DNA of 64,000 bases from Poseidonia sp. (GTDB lineage: Archaea > Thermoplasmatota > Poseidoniia > Poseidoniales > Poseidoniaceae), in NCBI GenBank assembly GCA_965661285.1, contig CBFIDD010000003.1, positions 96,001 to 160,000 on the forward strand, read 5' to 3'. The stretch's first letter is position 1; each line of letters begins with the position of its first letter. Both the position numbers and the translations under genes were made by a program. Under the pieces are notes generated by a model. The model saw only the letters and a program-made list of their open reading frames with translations, had not been told where the DNA came from and made no database searches. Below are positions 47,211 to 57,225 of the stretch, in pieces.

Positions 47211-48989
47211 TCAATCTTCGCTCAATGCGTCAAGATCGGGGGCACCGGGCAGGTCTGCCATATTATCGTGACCATCGGGTTCTTGCTCCCCATCCTCAAT
47301 GGCTTCAGGAGCCTCGGATTCATCTGAGGGCGCTTCAGAGGAAGGCGATTCAATGGCTGCAGAGGTCGCTTTGATCTCAGCCTCAAGTTCGGCCCTTCGA
47401 GCCTCGCGCTCCTCGGCAGATGGCAGGTCAAATTCTGCGACCAGCATGATGGGGTCACCGCTGGAGAGTTCACCGTTGTATTCCAAGGGTTCACCGCCGG
47501 GGTTGACGATGACTTGGAACTTCGTTGGGTCCTTACTCCTGCGCTTTTGGTGCTTTTTGTAGTGGTGGACGTAGACCTGATACTTTCCTGAGGGAGCCTT
47601 GCCTTCCTCCCAGAAGACGTTCTCGACCGGTTTCCGGGTTTCGGCTCGAACGTTGGCATCAACGTCAAGTTCGCCACCACAGGCGGATTTCTTGTTGCCA
47701 CCGTGAATGCGCTCGCCAGATGGACAAACAACATGCAGGTCCAAATCGTTGTAGTTGTTCCACATCAGTGAGATTTGAACGTCCGACGACTGGGCTCCCT
47801 CGCGCTCGAGGCGAGCCTTGAGTTCGGACATGGCTCGCTGAGCCGCCTCTTTGGACTCGAGGACCTCCTGTTCTCGTGCAGCCTCAATTTCGGCAAGGCG
47901 TTCGGCCTCGGCCGCTTCAAGTTCAGCTTGCCGATTCTCCTCGGCCTCTGAAATTGCAGCCTCGGCCTCGGGGACATCCATTCCAGCAGCACGCAGCTCT
48001 TCTTCCAACGCCCTTCGGCGAGCGGCCCGTTCTTCGGGGGATGGCAGGTTGAATTCTGCGACGAGCATGATGGGGTCGCCCATCGAAAGCTCGCCGTTGT
48101 ATTCGCGAGGATCACCGCCCTCATTAATGATCACCTGGAATTTGGTCGGGTCTTTGCTACGGCGCTTCTTGTGCTTCTTGTAGTAGTGGACATAGACCTG
48201 ATACCTGCCTGCAGGTGCTTTTCCATCTTCCCAAAACACGTTTTCCACAGGCTTTCGGGTTTCGGCCCGAACGTTGGCGTCAACATCGAGTTCACCGCCA
48301 CACGCTGAAATTTTGTTACCACCGTGAATCCGTTCGCCAGAAGGACACACAACATGGAGGTCAAGGTCGTTGTAGTTGTTCCACATCAAAGAGATCTGCA
48401 CGTCCGAAGATTGTGCACCTTCTCGTTCAAGGCGAGCACGAAGTTCGGACATGGCTCGCTGAGCCGCTTCTCTGGACTCCAACTTCTCCTGTTCACGCGC
48501 CGCCTCAATTTCTGCAAGGCGTTGCTCTTCCGCATCAGCGAGTTCGGCTTGTCGCGCTGCCTCTCGTTCGGCAGCGAGCCGAGCTTCTTCTGCATCGCGT
48601 TCCGCAGCTCGCTGGGCCGCCTCTTCCTCTTCGCGTCGGCGGGCTTCTTCGAGTTCAGAACGGTGTTGTTCTTCCTGAAGTTCCCGTTGGCGACGGGCTT
48701 CTTCCTCAGCGCTGGCTTGTTCCTGGCGACGACGGTTGAACCGTTCCTCTGCAAGTTGCCGGTCACCCTGATTTTGCTGTCGCAGGAGGTCTTGAATGGT
48801 GGCGAGCTTTCGGTCAAGGTTTTTTTTGGCTTTTCCGAAGCCCATGCCCGATTGCTGTTGCAACAATCCTTCAGCGCTCATCCCGCTCTGAAGGTTGACT
48901 TGGGCTTCCCGGCGCATGACGATGAACATCAAGCCGAGCATGAATGCGCCTCCCAGTGCAATGGTGAGGACATAATCGGCCAATTCCAT
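47211..48989 (-). CDS. Membrane-anchored coiled-coil protein with two tandem YfaP/DUF2135-like domains
   Basis: N-terminal TM, E/R/A-rich coiled coil, and two copies of DVQISLMWNNYNDLDLHVVCPSGERI...LDVDAN...ENVFW...G.YQVYVH. Confidence 0.75.
   Translation of the reverse strand: MELADYVLTIALGGAFMLGLMFIVMRREAQVNLQSGMSAEGLLQQQSGMGFGKAKKNLDRKLATIQDLLRQQNQGDRQLAEERFNRRRQEQASAEEEARRQRELQEEQHRSELEEARRREEEEAAQRAAERDAEEARLAAEREAARQAELADAEEQRLAEIEAAREQEKLESREAAQRAMSELRARLEREGAQSSDVQISLMWNNYNDLDLHVVCPSGERIHGGNKISACGGELDVDANVRAETRKPVENVFWEDGKAPAGRYQVYVHYYKKHKKRRSKDPTKFQVIINEGGDPREYNGELSMGDPIMLVAEFNLPSPEERAARRRALEEELRAAGMDVPEAEAAISEAEENRQAELEAAEAERLAEIEAAREQEVLESKEAAQRAMSELKARLEREGAQSSDVQISLMWNNYNDLDLHVVCPSGERIHGGNKKSACGGELDVDANVRAETRKPVENVFWEEGKAPSGKYQVYVHHYKKHQKRRSKDPTKFQVIVNPGGEPLEYNGELSSGDPIMLVAEFDLPSAEEREARRAELEAEIKATSAAIESPSSEAPSDESEAPEAIEDGEQEPDGHDNMADLPGAPDLDALSED
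47380..48560 (-). repeat. Intragenic tandem duplication, 621-nt (207-aa) period
   Basis: AGTTCGGACATGGCTCGCTGAGCCGC occurs at 47821 and 48442; protein copies are nearly identical, with many third-position differences. Confidence 0.9.
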
Positions 48990-49037
48990 GACATCCCCAT
49001 GACAAACTACCTCTTGAAACATCCGTTTGGGTATTCA

Positions 49038-49073
49038 CACCCTGTTATCATCACCAAAGAGCATAACAAGGTG
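49038..49073. promoter_or_regulatory. Inverted repeat, putative operator in a divergent promoter
   Basis: CACCCTGTTAT-N14-ATAACAAGGTG (one mismatch), ending 17 nt before the HTH regulator start. Confidence 0.5.
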
Positions 49074-49090
49074 AAAGAAGAGCGAAGACC

Positions 49091-49723
49091 ATGAGAGAGG
49101 TCTCCGCAGCGTGGGACAGGGAGGCGCTCGCCAACACCGACCTCTCACTGCTCGACGGGGTCGTTCAGCGGCTCTCATTTCTGGGGAATCTTCTCATCAC
49201 CCCGGAAGGCGTTCGCCAAATCATCCTCCCGGAATACAGAGACGGGAAATCCCGAGCGGACCTCGAAGCCATCCCGTACATCACGGTGGAGCAGGTGCTC
49301 AACGAGCGAGAAGGAGGGGCGCTGGTCGTGTGGAACACGCATGCACTGGTGTGTTTGGCCTCAACCACAGAGAACATCTACATCACACTCCCCACGGAGT
49401 ATGAAAACGGCACGCTGACCCTCACTTTCCGTGGGATACCGCAAGCCATTTCCTCCTTTGTCAAATTGAGCAAGATTGTTTTGCCTCCAGCTCAAATCCG
49501 CGTGCGGGACATCAGAGAAGACGGCCATGCCCTCATCGATGTCTTGACCCAACGGCAACATGAGTGCTACGCGCTGGCCATTGAGCACGGCTACTACAAG
49601 GAGCCCAGAGCCATCACCATCCAAGCGCTCGCCGACCTTTTGGGCATCGCGCGCTCGACCTTCCAAGAGCACTTACAAACGGCTGAAGTCGAGGTGCTCA
49701 ACTGGGCTGGAACCCAGTTGTGA
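49091..49723 (+). CDS. HTH_10 (Bat-like) transcriptional regulator
   Basis: LTQRQ.E...LA.E.GYY..PR..T...LA..LGI..STF.EHL..AE. Confidence 0.9.
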   Translation: MREVSAAWDREALANTDLSLLDGVVQRLSFLGNLLITPEGVRQIILPEYRDGKSRADLEAIPYITVEQVLNEREGGALVVWNTHALVCLASTTENIYITLPTEYENGTLTLTFRGIPQAISSFVKLSKIVLPPAQIRVRDIREDGHALIDVLTQRQHECYALAIEHGYYKEPRAITIQALADLLGIARSTFQEHLQTAEVEVLNWAGTQL

Positions 49724-49775
49724 GGAAGGTTTTCGCCATACAAACCTTTGATGAAGACGGCGCTCTCCGACACGC

Positions 49776-50573
49776 ATGGACAAGGCACAGCGCCTGGCGG
49801 CACTTCTGCCCAATGGGAGAGGGGTCTGGATCCCCATCGACCACGGTGCTTCTGATTACCCCAACCCCGGCCTTGAGAACGTTGAAGGCCTGATTCTGTC
49901 CCTCATCGACGCAGGCGTGAATGCCATCGTAGCGCAAAAAGGGTTGGTCACCAAATACGCCCACCTGTGCGAAGGCACATCAACGGCCATGGTGATTCAC
50001 TACTCCGTCTCAACACGACACGCCGGACCTCAAGCGAACAACAAGGTCATCGTCGGTCATGCGGATGAAACCCTTCCAAGAGGCGGTATTGGCGTCTCAA
50101 GCCAGGTGAACATGGGGAGCGAGCATGAGCCCCAAATGATTGAACGCATGGGAGAATTGAATCGCCAAGCCTTCCATGCAGACCTCCCTGCGTTCGGGAT
50201 GGTTTACGCTCGCGGGCCGAATCTCAACCATCAGTCCAACGACGAAACACAATCCCAAGCCCACGCCGTGAGGTTGGCCTTCGAGTTGGGTTGTGACGCA
50301 GCGAAATGCGTCTGGACCGGCGATGAATCCTCTTTTTCACAGGTCGCCAAGAGTGCACCGATTCCGCTACTTATGGCCGGTGGACCCTCCACCGGTGATT
50401 CAACGGCCGTCCTCACGATGGTTGAATCCGCCCTCAAGGCCGGGGCGAGCGGCGTGTGCATGGGTCGGCAGGTGTTCGCACATCCTGACCCCGGAGCGAT
50501 GGCTAAGGCGCTGGTGCTGATGGTCCACGAAGGCCATTCCGCCACAGCGGCCATGAACGCCTGTGGTTTGTGA
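49776..50573 (+). CDS. 2-amino-3,7-dideoxy-D-threo-hept-6-ulosonate synthase (AroA', DhnA-type class I aldolase family)
   Basis: P.DHG, KG, N.GS, M.Y.RG, R.A.ELG.D..K, AGG, G...GR..F; directly before DHQ synthase II. Confidence 0.85.
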   Translation: MDKAQRLAALLPNGRGVWIPIDHGASDYPNPGLENVEGLILSLIDAGVNAIVAQKGLVTKYAHLCEGTSTAMVIHYSVSTRHAGPQANNKVIVGHADETLPRGGIGVSSQVNMGSEHEPQMIERMGELNRQAFHADLPAFGMVYARGPNLNHQSNDETQSQAHAVRLAFELGCDAAKCVWTGDESSFSQVAKSAPIPLLMAGGPSTGDSTAVLTMVESALKAGASGVCMGRQVFAHPDPGAMAKALVLMVHEGHSATAAMNACGL

Positions 50574-50582
50574 GTTGGTGGC

Positions 50583-51614
50583 ATGGAAATTTGGCTACGC
50601 ACGAACGAAAGAGAAGTCACCTCCTCCGCCGAAGGTGTAGACCGAATATTTTCCAAACAAACATCAGACCAATCTCTTCGTTCAGAGAACGGCGTGCTCT
50701 ACGCCGGCGAGGACATCATCGGCGCCCACGTCTTCATCAGCGACGGAACAACGCAACATGCCGGCATCGCTCATCTTGGCACAGTTGACTGGATCATGGT
50801 TGAATGTGAAACATGGTCGATGATTCCACTGGAGAATTTAATCGCCCATCGTAGCGGAAGCCACACCAAAATCGCTGCCGTGATTCGAACACCGCTAGAG
50901 GCACAAGGGGCCGGTTTTGCTTTGGAGCAGGGCGTTGATGCGCTCGTGGTTTCCCAGGATGCTTCCCTGCTGGATGCAGCGTTTAGCGTGAAGGCACAAC
51001 GCCTTGAGCAAACAGCACCTTTGGAAGCGATTCAATCTACGAAAACCGACCAACTCAACCTTACTCCTTTCGAGATTGCATCGGTTGAGGAAGCTGGGCT
51101 TGGCGACCGTTACTGTTTGGATTTCCTTACACGTTTCCGCGAGCACGAAGGCTTGCTGGTGGGCTCAAGCGCTCAAGCGCTGTTTTTGGTCCACAGCGAA
51201 ACCATCCCGTCCACCTTCGTTCCCACCCGGCCCTTTCGAGTGAACGCAGGTGCGCCACACGCGTATGTGATGATGGCCGACGGCACGACAAAATACATGA
51301 CCGAGCTTGAGGCAGGAAACGAGCTTCTTGCGGTTGATGTCACCGGAGCAACCCGACCTGTTGTCCTCGGCCGCATCAAGATTGAACAGCGCCCAATGTT
51401 GAAAATTGTCGGAAAAGCGAAGAAAAAAGGCGAACAAAACGATAATACATCACATGTTTTCATGCAGCAAGCAGAAACCGTTCGCCTTCTATCCGATGAG
51501 CCAAACGCCGTGTCAGTCACCGACCTTTCCTCGACCAAGATCGTGCTCGGATGGGTCGGTCATGCTGCCCGGCACGTTGGCTTGCCGGTCCAAGGGGGCA
51601 TTGAAGAAAGGTGA
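50583..51614 (+). CDS. 3-dehydroquinate synthase II (AroB')
   Basis: W..IPLENLIA, LE.GVD, GDR.C.D, EG.LVGS, LVHSET, RPFRVNAG, GR.KIE.RP, Q.AETVRL, ARH.G..V...I.E. Confidence 0.93.
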   Translation: MEIWLRTNEREVTSSAEGVDRIFSKQTSDQSLRSENGVLYAGEDIIGAHVFISDGTTQHAGIAHLGTVDWIMVECETWSMIPLENLIAHRSGSHTKIAAVIRTPLEAQGAGFALEQGVDALVVSQDASLLDAAFSVKAQRLEQTAPLEAIQSTKTDQLNLTPFEIASVEEAGLGDRYCLDFLTRFREHEGLLVGSSAQALFLVHSETIPSTFVPTRPFRVNAGAPHAYVMMADGTTKYMTELEAGNELLAVDVTGATRPVVLGRIKIEQRPMLKIVGKAKKKGEQNDNTSHVFMQQAETVRLLSDEPNAVSVTDLSSTKIVLGWVGHAARHVGLPVQGGIEER

Positions 51615-51618
51615 TGAC

Positions 51619-52512
51619 ATGGCCGTCCTAGGTAAAGGAAATGCACATGGCGCATGCAGTTTGCTTCATGCCGCTGCGCTCGGCTACGGTGCCGGCATTG
51701 CATTGGACCTTCCGGTGACGGTTCGCCTTCTCGACCGGCCAAGCAAGCGAGAAGTCAGAGACGATGACGGCGTTTTGGAAGCCCTTCTTACGGCTTGGAT
51801 GGACGCGGGCCATCCGCTTCCAGAAGGTTTTGAGCGCGAGGACCTTCATTGGGGTGTCAATTCAAAAATTCCAAAAAAGCAAGGGCTGAAATCTTCGGCT
51901 GCGACCTGCATCGCTGCACTCCGAGCGCTTTGTTCCGCCACCGACACGACACTTCAGCCCCTCGAGATGGTTAGCCTCGCCGCAGAGGCCCAAACCTCAG
52001 CAGGCGTCTCGCTCACCGGCTCAATCGACGATGCGTGGGCCTGCATGACGCCCGGGTGGAAACTTGTGGATGTTCAGGCCCCCATCGCTGAGGGTGTGCT
52101 CATGGACCAACCGGGACTGTCTGAAGAAGACTGGACGGTGTTGCTGGTGCTTCGAGGCCCTCGGTCCCAGCAACCGACACTGGAGGATTTTGCGTCCCAG
52201 GTGACGGCGTTCCAACAGGCTCTGGTGGCTCTTCAGGAAAACAACCCATTGGTGGCCATGACGTGGAACGGACGCGGGACGGTCGCAGCACTTCGGGACG
52301 CCGAAGGAAGAAAAATGGCAAATGATTCCTTCATGAACAGCGCTCGAGCCGCCGGAGTCTCCGGTTCCGGACCGGCCCTCGTGATCGTCGTTCCAGCCCA
52401 ACAAACACCAACAATTGAGCGGATAAAATCGTGGTACAGCACACGGTTTCCCGACGCAAAGATTGTCGAAACAACCTTCTTATCAACCGAAATTGAAGAC
52501 GAACTTGAGTGA
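51619..52512 (+). CDS. aroK: Shikimate kinase, archaeal GHMP type
   Basis: S.IP...GLKSSAA, AGVSLTG..DDA, AGVSGSGPA. Confidence 0.9.
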   Translation: MAVLGKGNAHGACSLLHAAALGYGAGIALDLPVTVRLLDRPSKREVRDDDGVLEALLTAWMDAGHPLPEGFEREDLHWGVNSKIPKKQGLKSSAATCIAALRALCSATDTTLQPLEMVSLAAEAQTSAGVSLTGSIDDAWACMTPGWKLVDVQAPIAEGVLMDQPGLSEEDWTVLLVLRGPRSQQPTLEDFASQVTAFQQALVALQENNPLVAMTWNGRGTVAALRDAEGRKMANDSFMNSARAAGVSGSGPALVIVVPAQQTPTIERIKSWYSTRFPDAKIVETTFLSTEIEDELE

Positions 52513-52554
52513 ACACCTTCTAAAAGGGCCGCTTGGTGGTCATCTTGTTGAATC

Positions 52555-53637
52555 ATGCAGATGCGTCTCGGTGAGGCTTTGCGTATAACCCTGCGAGGTT
52601 CAAGCCACGGCCCCTTTGTCGGTGCACTTGTGGAGGGCATGCCAAGTGGCATCGCGGTGGATGAGAACCAAGTCCAAGAGGCCATGGCGTTACGAAAAAC
52701 CGGAGGAACCTACAGCAGCAAACGGAAGGAAACCGACCGTGTTGAGTGGAGAACAGGTGTGGCAGACGGCATCACCACCGGTGAAACCATTGAGGTTCAC
52801 ATCGCCAATAACGATGTCCGCTCATCAGACTACAGTTTTCTTCCCGACCACCCCCGGCCGGGGCACCAAGACATGGTGATGATGAAGCGAACAAAAGGAG
52901 AAGCCGATCTTCGGGGAGGGGGCACGTCAAGCGCTCGAATGACGGCCCCCTTGGTGGCCGTCGCCGCCGTTCTTCGCCCGTGGCTCTCCGCTCGAGGCGT
53001 GACCGTTGAAGCCCATCTCGGTGCGATTGGAGGTGTTGAAGCCGCCCCCATGGACACCTGCCCTGAGCGATGGGCTGACGAAACGTGCAGGGCCCTCCGT
53101 TGCAGAGACCCCGCCGCTGCTGGCTTGATGGCGGCGTTGGTGGAACGCACCCGCAAGGAACGAGATTCCATCGGGTCAAGGGTTGACCTGCAAGTTCATG
53201 GCTTGCCACTCGGCCTTGGCGAGCCGTGGTTTGACGGTCTTGAACCCGCCTTGGCACGGGCGATGATGGCGATTCCCGCTGCGCGCGGTGTGGAGATCGG
53301 CCACGGTTTTAGCGTACAGACCATGCGAGGAAGCGAACACAACAGCCCGTGGGGTGGTACCTCGGAGAACCCGATGCTCCAGGGCGAACGTCCTGATGGT
53401 GCTCTGGCAGGGTTGTCAACCGGTGCTCCCGTCCATCTGAGGGTGGCCTTCAAACCTCCATCGAGCATTCCACAAGTCCAGCACACCCTCAATCTCAAGA
53501 CCAACCAGCAGGAACCGCTGGTTGTGAAGGGCCGACACGACCCTGTGCTCGGACCGAGAGCCGTTGCCGTGGTGGAAGCGATGGCCATCCTGGTCATCGG
53601 GGACCTGGTAATTCGAGGGGGTTTTGATGATGAATGA
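52555..53637 (+). CDS. aroC: Chorismate synthase
   Basis: G.SHG, R.E.D, PRPGH.D, RGGG.SSAR.T, IPA.RGVE.G.GF, FKP.SSI, GRHDP. Confidence 0.95.
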   Translation: MQMRLGEALRITLRGSSHGPFVGALVEGMPSGIAVDENQVQEAMALRKTGGTYSSKRKETDRVEWRTGVADGITTGETIEVHIANNDVRSSDYSFLPDHPRPGHQDMVMMKRTKGEADLRGGGTSSARMTAPLVAVAAVLRPWLSARGVTVEAHLGAIGGVEAAPMDTCPERWADETCRALRCRDPAAAGLMAALVERTRKERDSIGSRVDLQVHGLPLGLGEPWFDGLEPALARAMMAIPAARGVEIGHGFSVQTMRGSEHNSPWGGTSENPMLQGERPDGALAGLSTGAPVHLRVAFKPPSSIPQVQHTLNLKTNQQEPLVVKGRHDPVLGPRAVAVVEAMAILVIGDLVIRGGFDDE

Positions 53638-54943
53638 ACTCCCTGTGATTCACAAGTTTGGAGGTTCCTGTCTGCGCGACAGTTCTGACTTGGAACACAT
53701 TGCCGACATCATTGCAAAAGCCAACCAACCGGTCGTTTTGGTCGTTTCAGCGCTCTGGGGAACCACCGACCGCTTGATGCGAGCGGCTCAAGAGCCTCGC
53801 TACGCAGGTCGTTTGGTCAATGACCTGGCCAGCCATCACCTACGATTTTCACCTACACTCATCGAATCCCCGCTTTACGAGGTCTTCCAGCGCGTCCTCG
53901 ACGGTATTGAGGAGGCCTTGACGGCGTTGGCAACGGACCGTGAAGATCGTCGGGCCTACAACCAATTGCTCGCCTCAGGCGAACGCCTCTCCGCTCTGGT
54001 CATCGCCCATGCCTTGTCCATTCGGGGCTTTGATGCTCACCCACTCGGTTCAGAAGACATCGGGCTCCAACTCGATGGCGAAGGAACAGCGACGCAGGTC
54101 GACCTCCTCGCGTCACAAAAAAACCTCGACCGCGACGCCTTTCACGGCGTTCCTGTGGTCACCGGATGGTTTGGTGAGGGGACCGATGGCAACATCGCTT
54201 TGCTCGGTCGAGGTGGAAGCGACCACTCCGCGACCGCCCTTGCAGCGCTTCTTCACGCCCAACGGGTCGTTTTGTGGAAGGACGTCCTGGGCATCTATCC
54301 CGTCAACCCTCGTTGGGGTGTGCAATCCGCACCCATCCCCTACCTCGGCTACGCAGAGGCGATTGAATTTTCGAATGCCGACGCCACGATTCTCCACCCC
54401 GCAACGGTTGAGCCCGTGTATGAGATGGGGATACCTATCGAAATTCGCCACTTGGCACGATACAAAGAGAACGGCCTGAAAACCGTCATCGGACCCGACA
54501 TTGAAGCCGATCCCAACATCAAGGGCATCGCCTGTATCCCCAGAGTGGCCTGCGTCAATGTGGAGGTGCGCTACGCCCAAGATGCTGCCCTTGAGCTCAG
54601 CGACCTGCTTCAAGAGTTGAACGAAGCGAACATCCGAATTTGCTCATTTGAGACCACGAATGCACAGTGGCGGTTTGTGTTTCCACAACATGAGGTCTCT
54701 CGTGGGGTTCAGATCATCAAAAAACGTTGCAAGGCAGTGAATTACGAATATTTTGCTGCCATGCTTTCCTTTATTGGTTGCAGGGACATGGGGTACTTCA
54801 AAGAAAAACTCGCTGACCACGACGGCATCAGTGAGAGCCACCTCTACCAGTCAGCCACCTCAATCCACATGCTTTCAAACAGGACGGACATCTCAAGGAT
54901 GCTCGATGAAATGATGGCCATCGTTTCACAAAACGACGATTGA
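53627..54943 (+). CDS. Aspartate kinase
   Basis: KFGGS, VVSA...TTD, SGERLS, LGRGGSD.SA, Y.EA.E.....A.ILHP, C-terminal ACT-like region. Confidence 0.88.
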   Translation: MMNELPVIHKFGGSCLRDSSDLEHIADIIAKANQPVVLVVSALWGTTDRLMRAAQEPRYAGRLVNDLASHHLRFSPTLIESPLYEVFQRVLDGIEEALTALATDREDRRAYNQLLASGERLSALVIAHALSIRGFDAHPLGSEDIGLQLDGEGTATQVDLLASQKNLDRDAFHGVPVVTGWFGEGTDGNIALLGRGGSDHSATALAALLHAQRVVLWKDVLGIYPVNPRWGVQSAPIPYLGYAEAIEFSNADATILHPATVEPVYEMGIPIEIRHLARYKENGLKTVIGPDIEADPNIKGIACIPRVACVNVEVRYAQDAALELSDLLQELNEANIRICSFETTNAQWRFVFPQHEVSRGVQIIKKRCKAVNYEYFAAMLSFIGCRDMGYFKEKLADHDGISESHLYQSATSIHMLSNRTDISRMLDEMMAIVSQNDD

Positions 54944-54944
54944 A

Positions 54945-55868
54945 TCAGTCGGCTTGTCGCTCTCGGAAGCGCTGAAGGTGGGTTGGAAGGTTAAGTCCGA
55001 ACAAGATGCCGACGGTGATGAACACAAACATCGTACCCAGGGCCACACCGTAGACCGATGTCAACTCAACGGATTCTCGCATCCGGTTGGCGGTATCGCC
55101 CGAAAAGATGCCAACAATCCACGGAAGGATGGTGTTGGCCGACAGCACGAACCACGCCAAGAGCGTGGCGAGAACGGGGTTGATGATCAGTGAGCGATGG
55201 TATTTGGAAACGATCTTCTTTGGATTCATGACGTAGACTTCGTTGGTGCGAATGCTTGTGTCAAGCATGGAATAGCGAATAACACCGTTGCTCAACTCGA
55301 AATACATGATGAGCAGTACGGCGTAAACCACGACGAGGACAGAGAGCATGGTCGGATTGTCCTGAAGGTTGAACAGGTTGTTGGACAGCGAAGTGGTCGA
55401 TGAGGCGAATCGCAGGATAGCCAAGATGAACAAGAGATTGCTGCCCAAAGACAAGCGAGCATCACGCTTGAACGTGCCCATGAAACCGAGGACTGTAGCC
55501 GCTGCGATGATGGTTAACTGCATGATGTTCGCCAAACCGAGACTACCGGTGAGGATGTACCAAACAGTTCCCTGCGGGGGCGAGATGATGTAGGTAAGGA
55601 AGGCCAGGGCCACCAAAATTCCATACACGGCATTCTGCAAGTTTTGCACCATCTTGTCAGGTGGCAAGAACTTCATTTTCGGGACGAGCGGTCCACCCAG
55701 CAGGCTTTCGATGAACGTCGGAATCTCCACTGTTGGAATCGCATCCTTGGGGATATCGCTACCCGCACCGACTTGACCTGCAGCCTTCTTTCGTGAAGGG
55801 GCGGACGAGCGAACGGTCTTCCCGTCGTAGAGGTGGGAGGTATCGGCTGATGGTCGATTGATGGCCAT
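54945..55868 (-). CDS. Hypothetical multi-pass membrane protein (MoxR operon)
   Basis: About six hydrophobic helices; 9-nt gap after the DUF58 gene. Confidence 0.7.
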   Translation of the reverse strand: MAINRPSADTSHLYDGKTVRSSAPSRKKAAGQVGAGSDIPKDAIPTVEIPTFIESLLGGPLVPKMKFLPPDKMVQNLQNAVYGILVALAFLTYIISPPQGTVWYILTGSLGLANIMQLTIIAAATVLGFMGTFKRDARLSLGSNLLFILAILRFASSTTSLSNNLFNLQDNPTMLSVLVVVYAVLLIMYFELSNGVIRYSMLDTSIRTNEVYVMNPKKIVSKYHRSLIINPVLATLLAWFVLSANTILPWIVGIFSGDTANRMRESVELTSVYGVALGTMFVFITVGILFGLNLPTHLQRFRERQAD

Positions 55869-55877
55869 GACTTCACC

Positions 55878-57191
55878 TCAGAATCCTCGTGCTCCTGCCA
55901 GAGCGGTGGAGAGCAGCATATCGGGCTCCCAATCCATGATGTTCACACCGAGTCCACGAAGTTCGCCGATGAGGACGTCCCGTTCGGTCTTCATCACTTC
56001 GTATCCGGTTCGGTCGATGCGCTTGGCATCAAACTCGAATTCGAGCGATGAGGGTGAAAGCACGGTAACATCGAAATCACGCGCTCGGAAATCCCGAAGC
56101 GCATTGACGATGGTTGGGTCGTCTTCCAAGTTCGAGAGGAAGATGATTGGGCTTCCCTTGTTGATGTGAGGCAGAATGCGATTCACGACCACCTGAAGCG
56201 GGATGTTGCCGCGGGCAACTGCCCCGGCCAACTTGGTCAAGATGACGTAGAGTTGCTTCTTTCCTGTGTCTCGGTCAACGCTGACGACCTCATCACCATA
56301 GACGATGACACCCACCGAGTCCCGACGGCCAAGGAAATACTTGGCAAGCGATGCGGCAGCCCGGGTGGAATACACCAACGCGTTTCGAGAGACGGGGCCG
56401 GTTTCAGCGACAGCACGTGAATCAACAATGATGATCACGTCCGACACGGCATCTCGCTCACGCTCGTTCACCATCAACTTGCCAGAGCGAGCGTACGCCG
56501 ACCAGTTGATGGCACGGAACGAATCGCCTTCGAAGTACTCACGAAGCGAGTAGAACTCCGAACCAGGACCTGGCTGGCGAATGTTGACGGCACCTGTGAA
56601 GATCTTCGGAACGCGAGATTTCACGAAGGTTTCCTTGAGGTCCTCCATCTTGGGGAACACAAGGAAGTCGTTGTAAACGTGCAGTTCCTTTTCCTTGTGG
56701 AACAAGCCGAACGCGTCTTGAATACGGACGGTGACAGGTCCAAGGCTGTAAAATCCACGCAGCGGACACTCAACGGTGTATTCGATGAACGTCTCACGAC
56801 GTGGACCCAATTCCATGAGGATGTAATTGGCACCTTCTTTGATTCGCATCACTTCCGGAACACGATCTCGCACTTCCAGGATCTTGGGAAGTGACGAGGT
56901 GTTTTGCATTCGCAATGTCACGTTTAATTCTCCGTCCTCAAACATGCGAGCACTGGACAGCTTTCGCATAGCGACGACATTGCCCAAGGCAACGCCTTCC
57001 TCACCACTCCATTCTTCTGCACGACGACCGCTCGATGCAACATCCGCATGGTTCCCAATGAGTGCAGCCCATGTTAGGAACACGAAGATAACCACGGCAA
57101 TCGTGACGAGTTGGGTGTTTCGGAGCGTCAAGCCAAGCAAGTACATGGCAACAGCTAGGCTGCCAAGCATGGCTGACTTGCGACTCCACAT
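55878..57191 (-). CDS. DUF58 (vWA-like) protein
   Basis: RG.Y.LGP......D.FGL, G.G.EFYSLREY..GD..R.INW...AR...L.V.E.E; follows moxR. Confidence 0.9.
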   Translation of the reverse strand: MWSRKSAMLGSLAVAMYLLGLTLRNTQLVTIAVVIFVFLTWAALIGNHADVASSGRRAEEWSGEEGVALGNVVAMRKLSSARMFEDGELNVTLRMQNTSSLPKILEVRDRVPEVMRIKEGANYILMELGPRRETFIEYTVECPLRGFYSLGPVTVRIQDAFGLFHKEKELHVYNDFLVFPKMEDLKETFVKSRVPKIFTGAVNIRQPGPGSEFYSLREYFEGDSFRAINWSAYARSGKLMVNERERDAVSDVIIIVDSRAVAETGPVSRNALVYSTRAAASLAKYFLGRRDSVGVIVYGDEVVSVDRDTGKKQLYVILTKLAGAVARGNIPLQVVVNRILPHINKGSPIIFLSNLEDDPTIVNALRDFRARDFDVTVLSPSSLEFEFDAKRIDRTGYEVMKTERDVLIGELRGLGVNIMDWEPDMLLSTALAGARGF

Positions 57192-57225
57192 GTTTGATTC
57201 ACCTCAGAGTGTTTCGCTACCGGTT

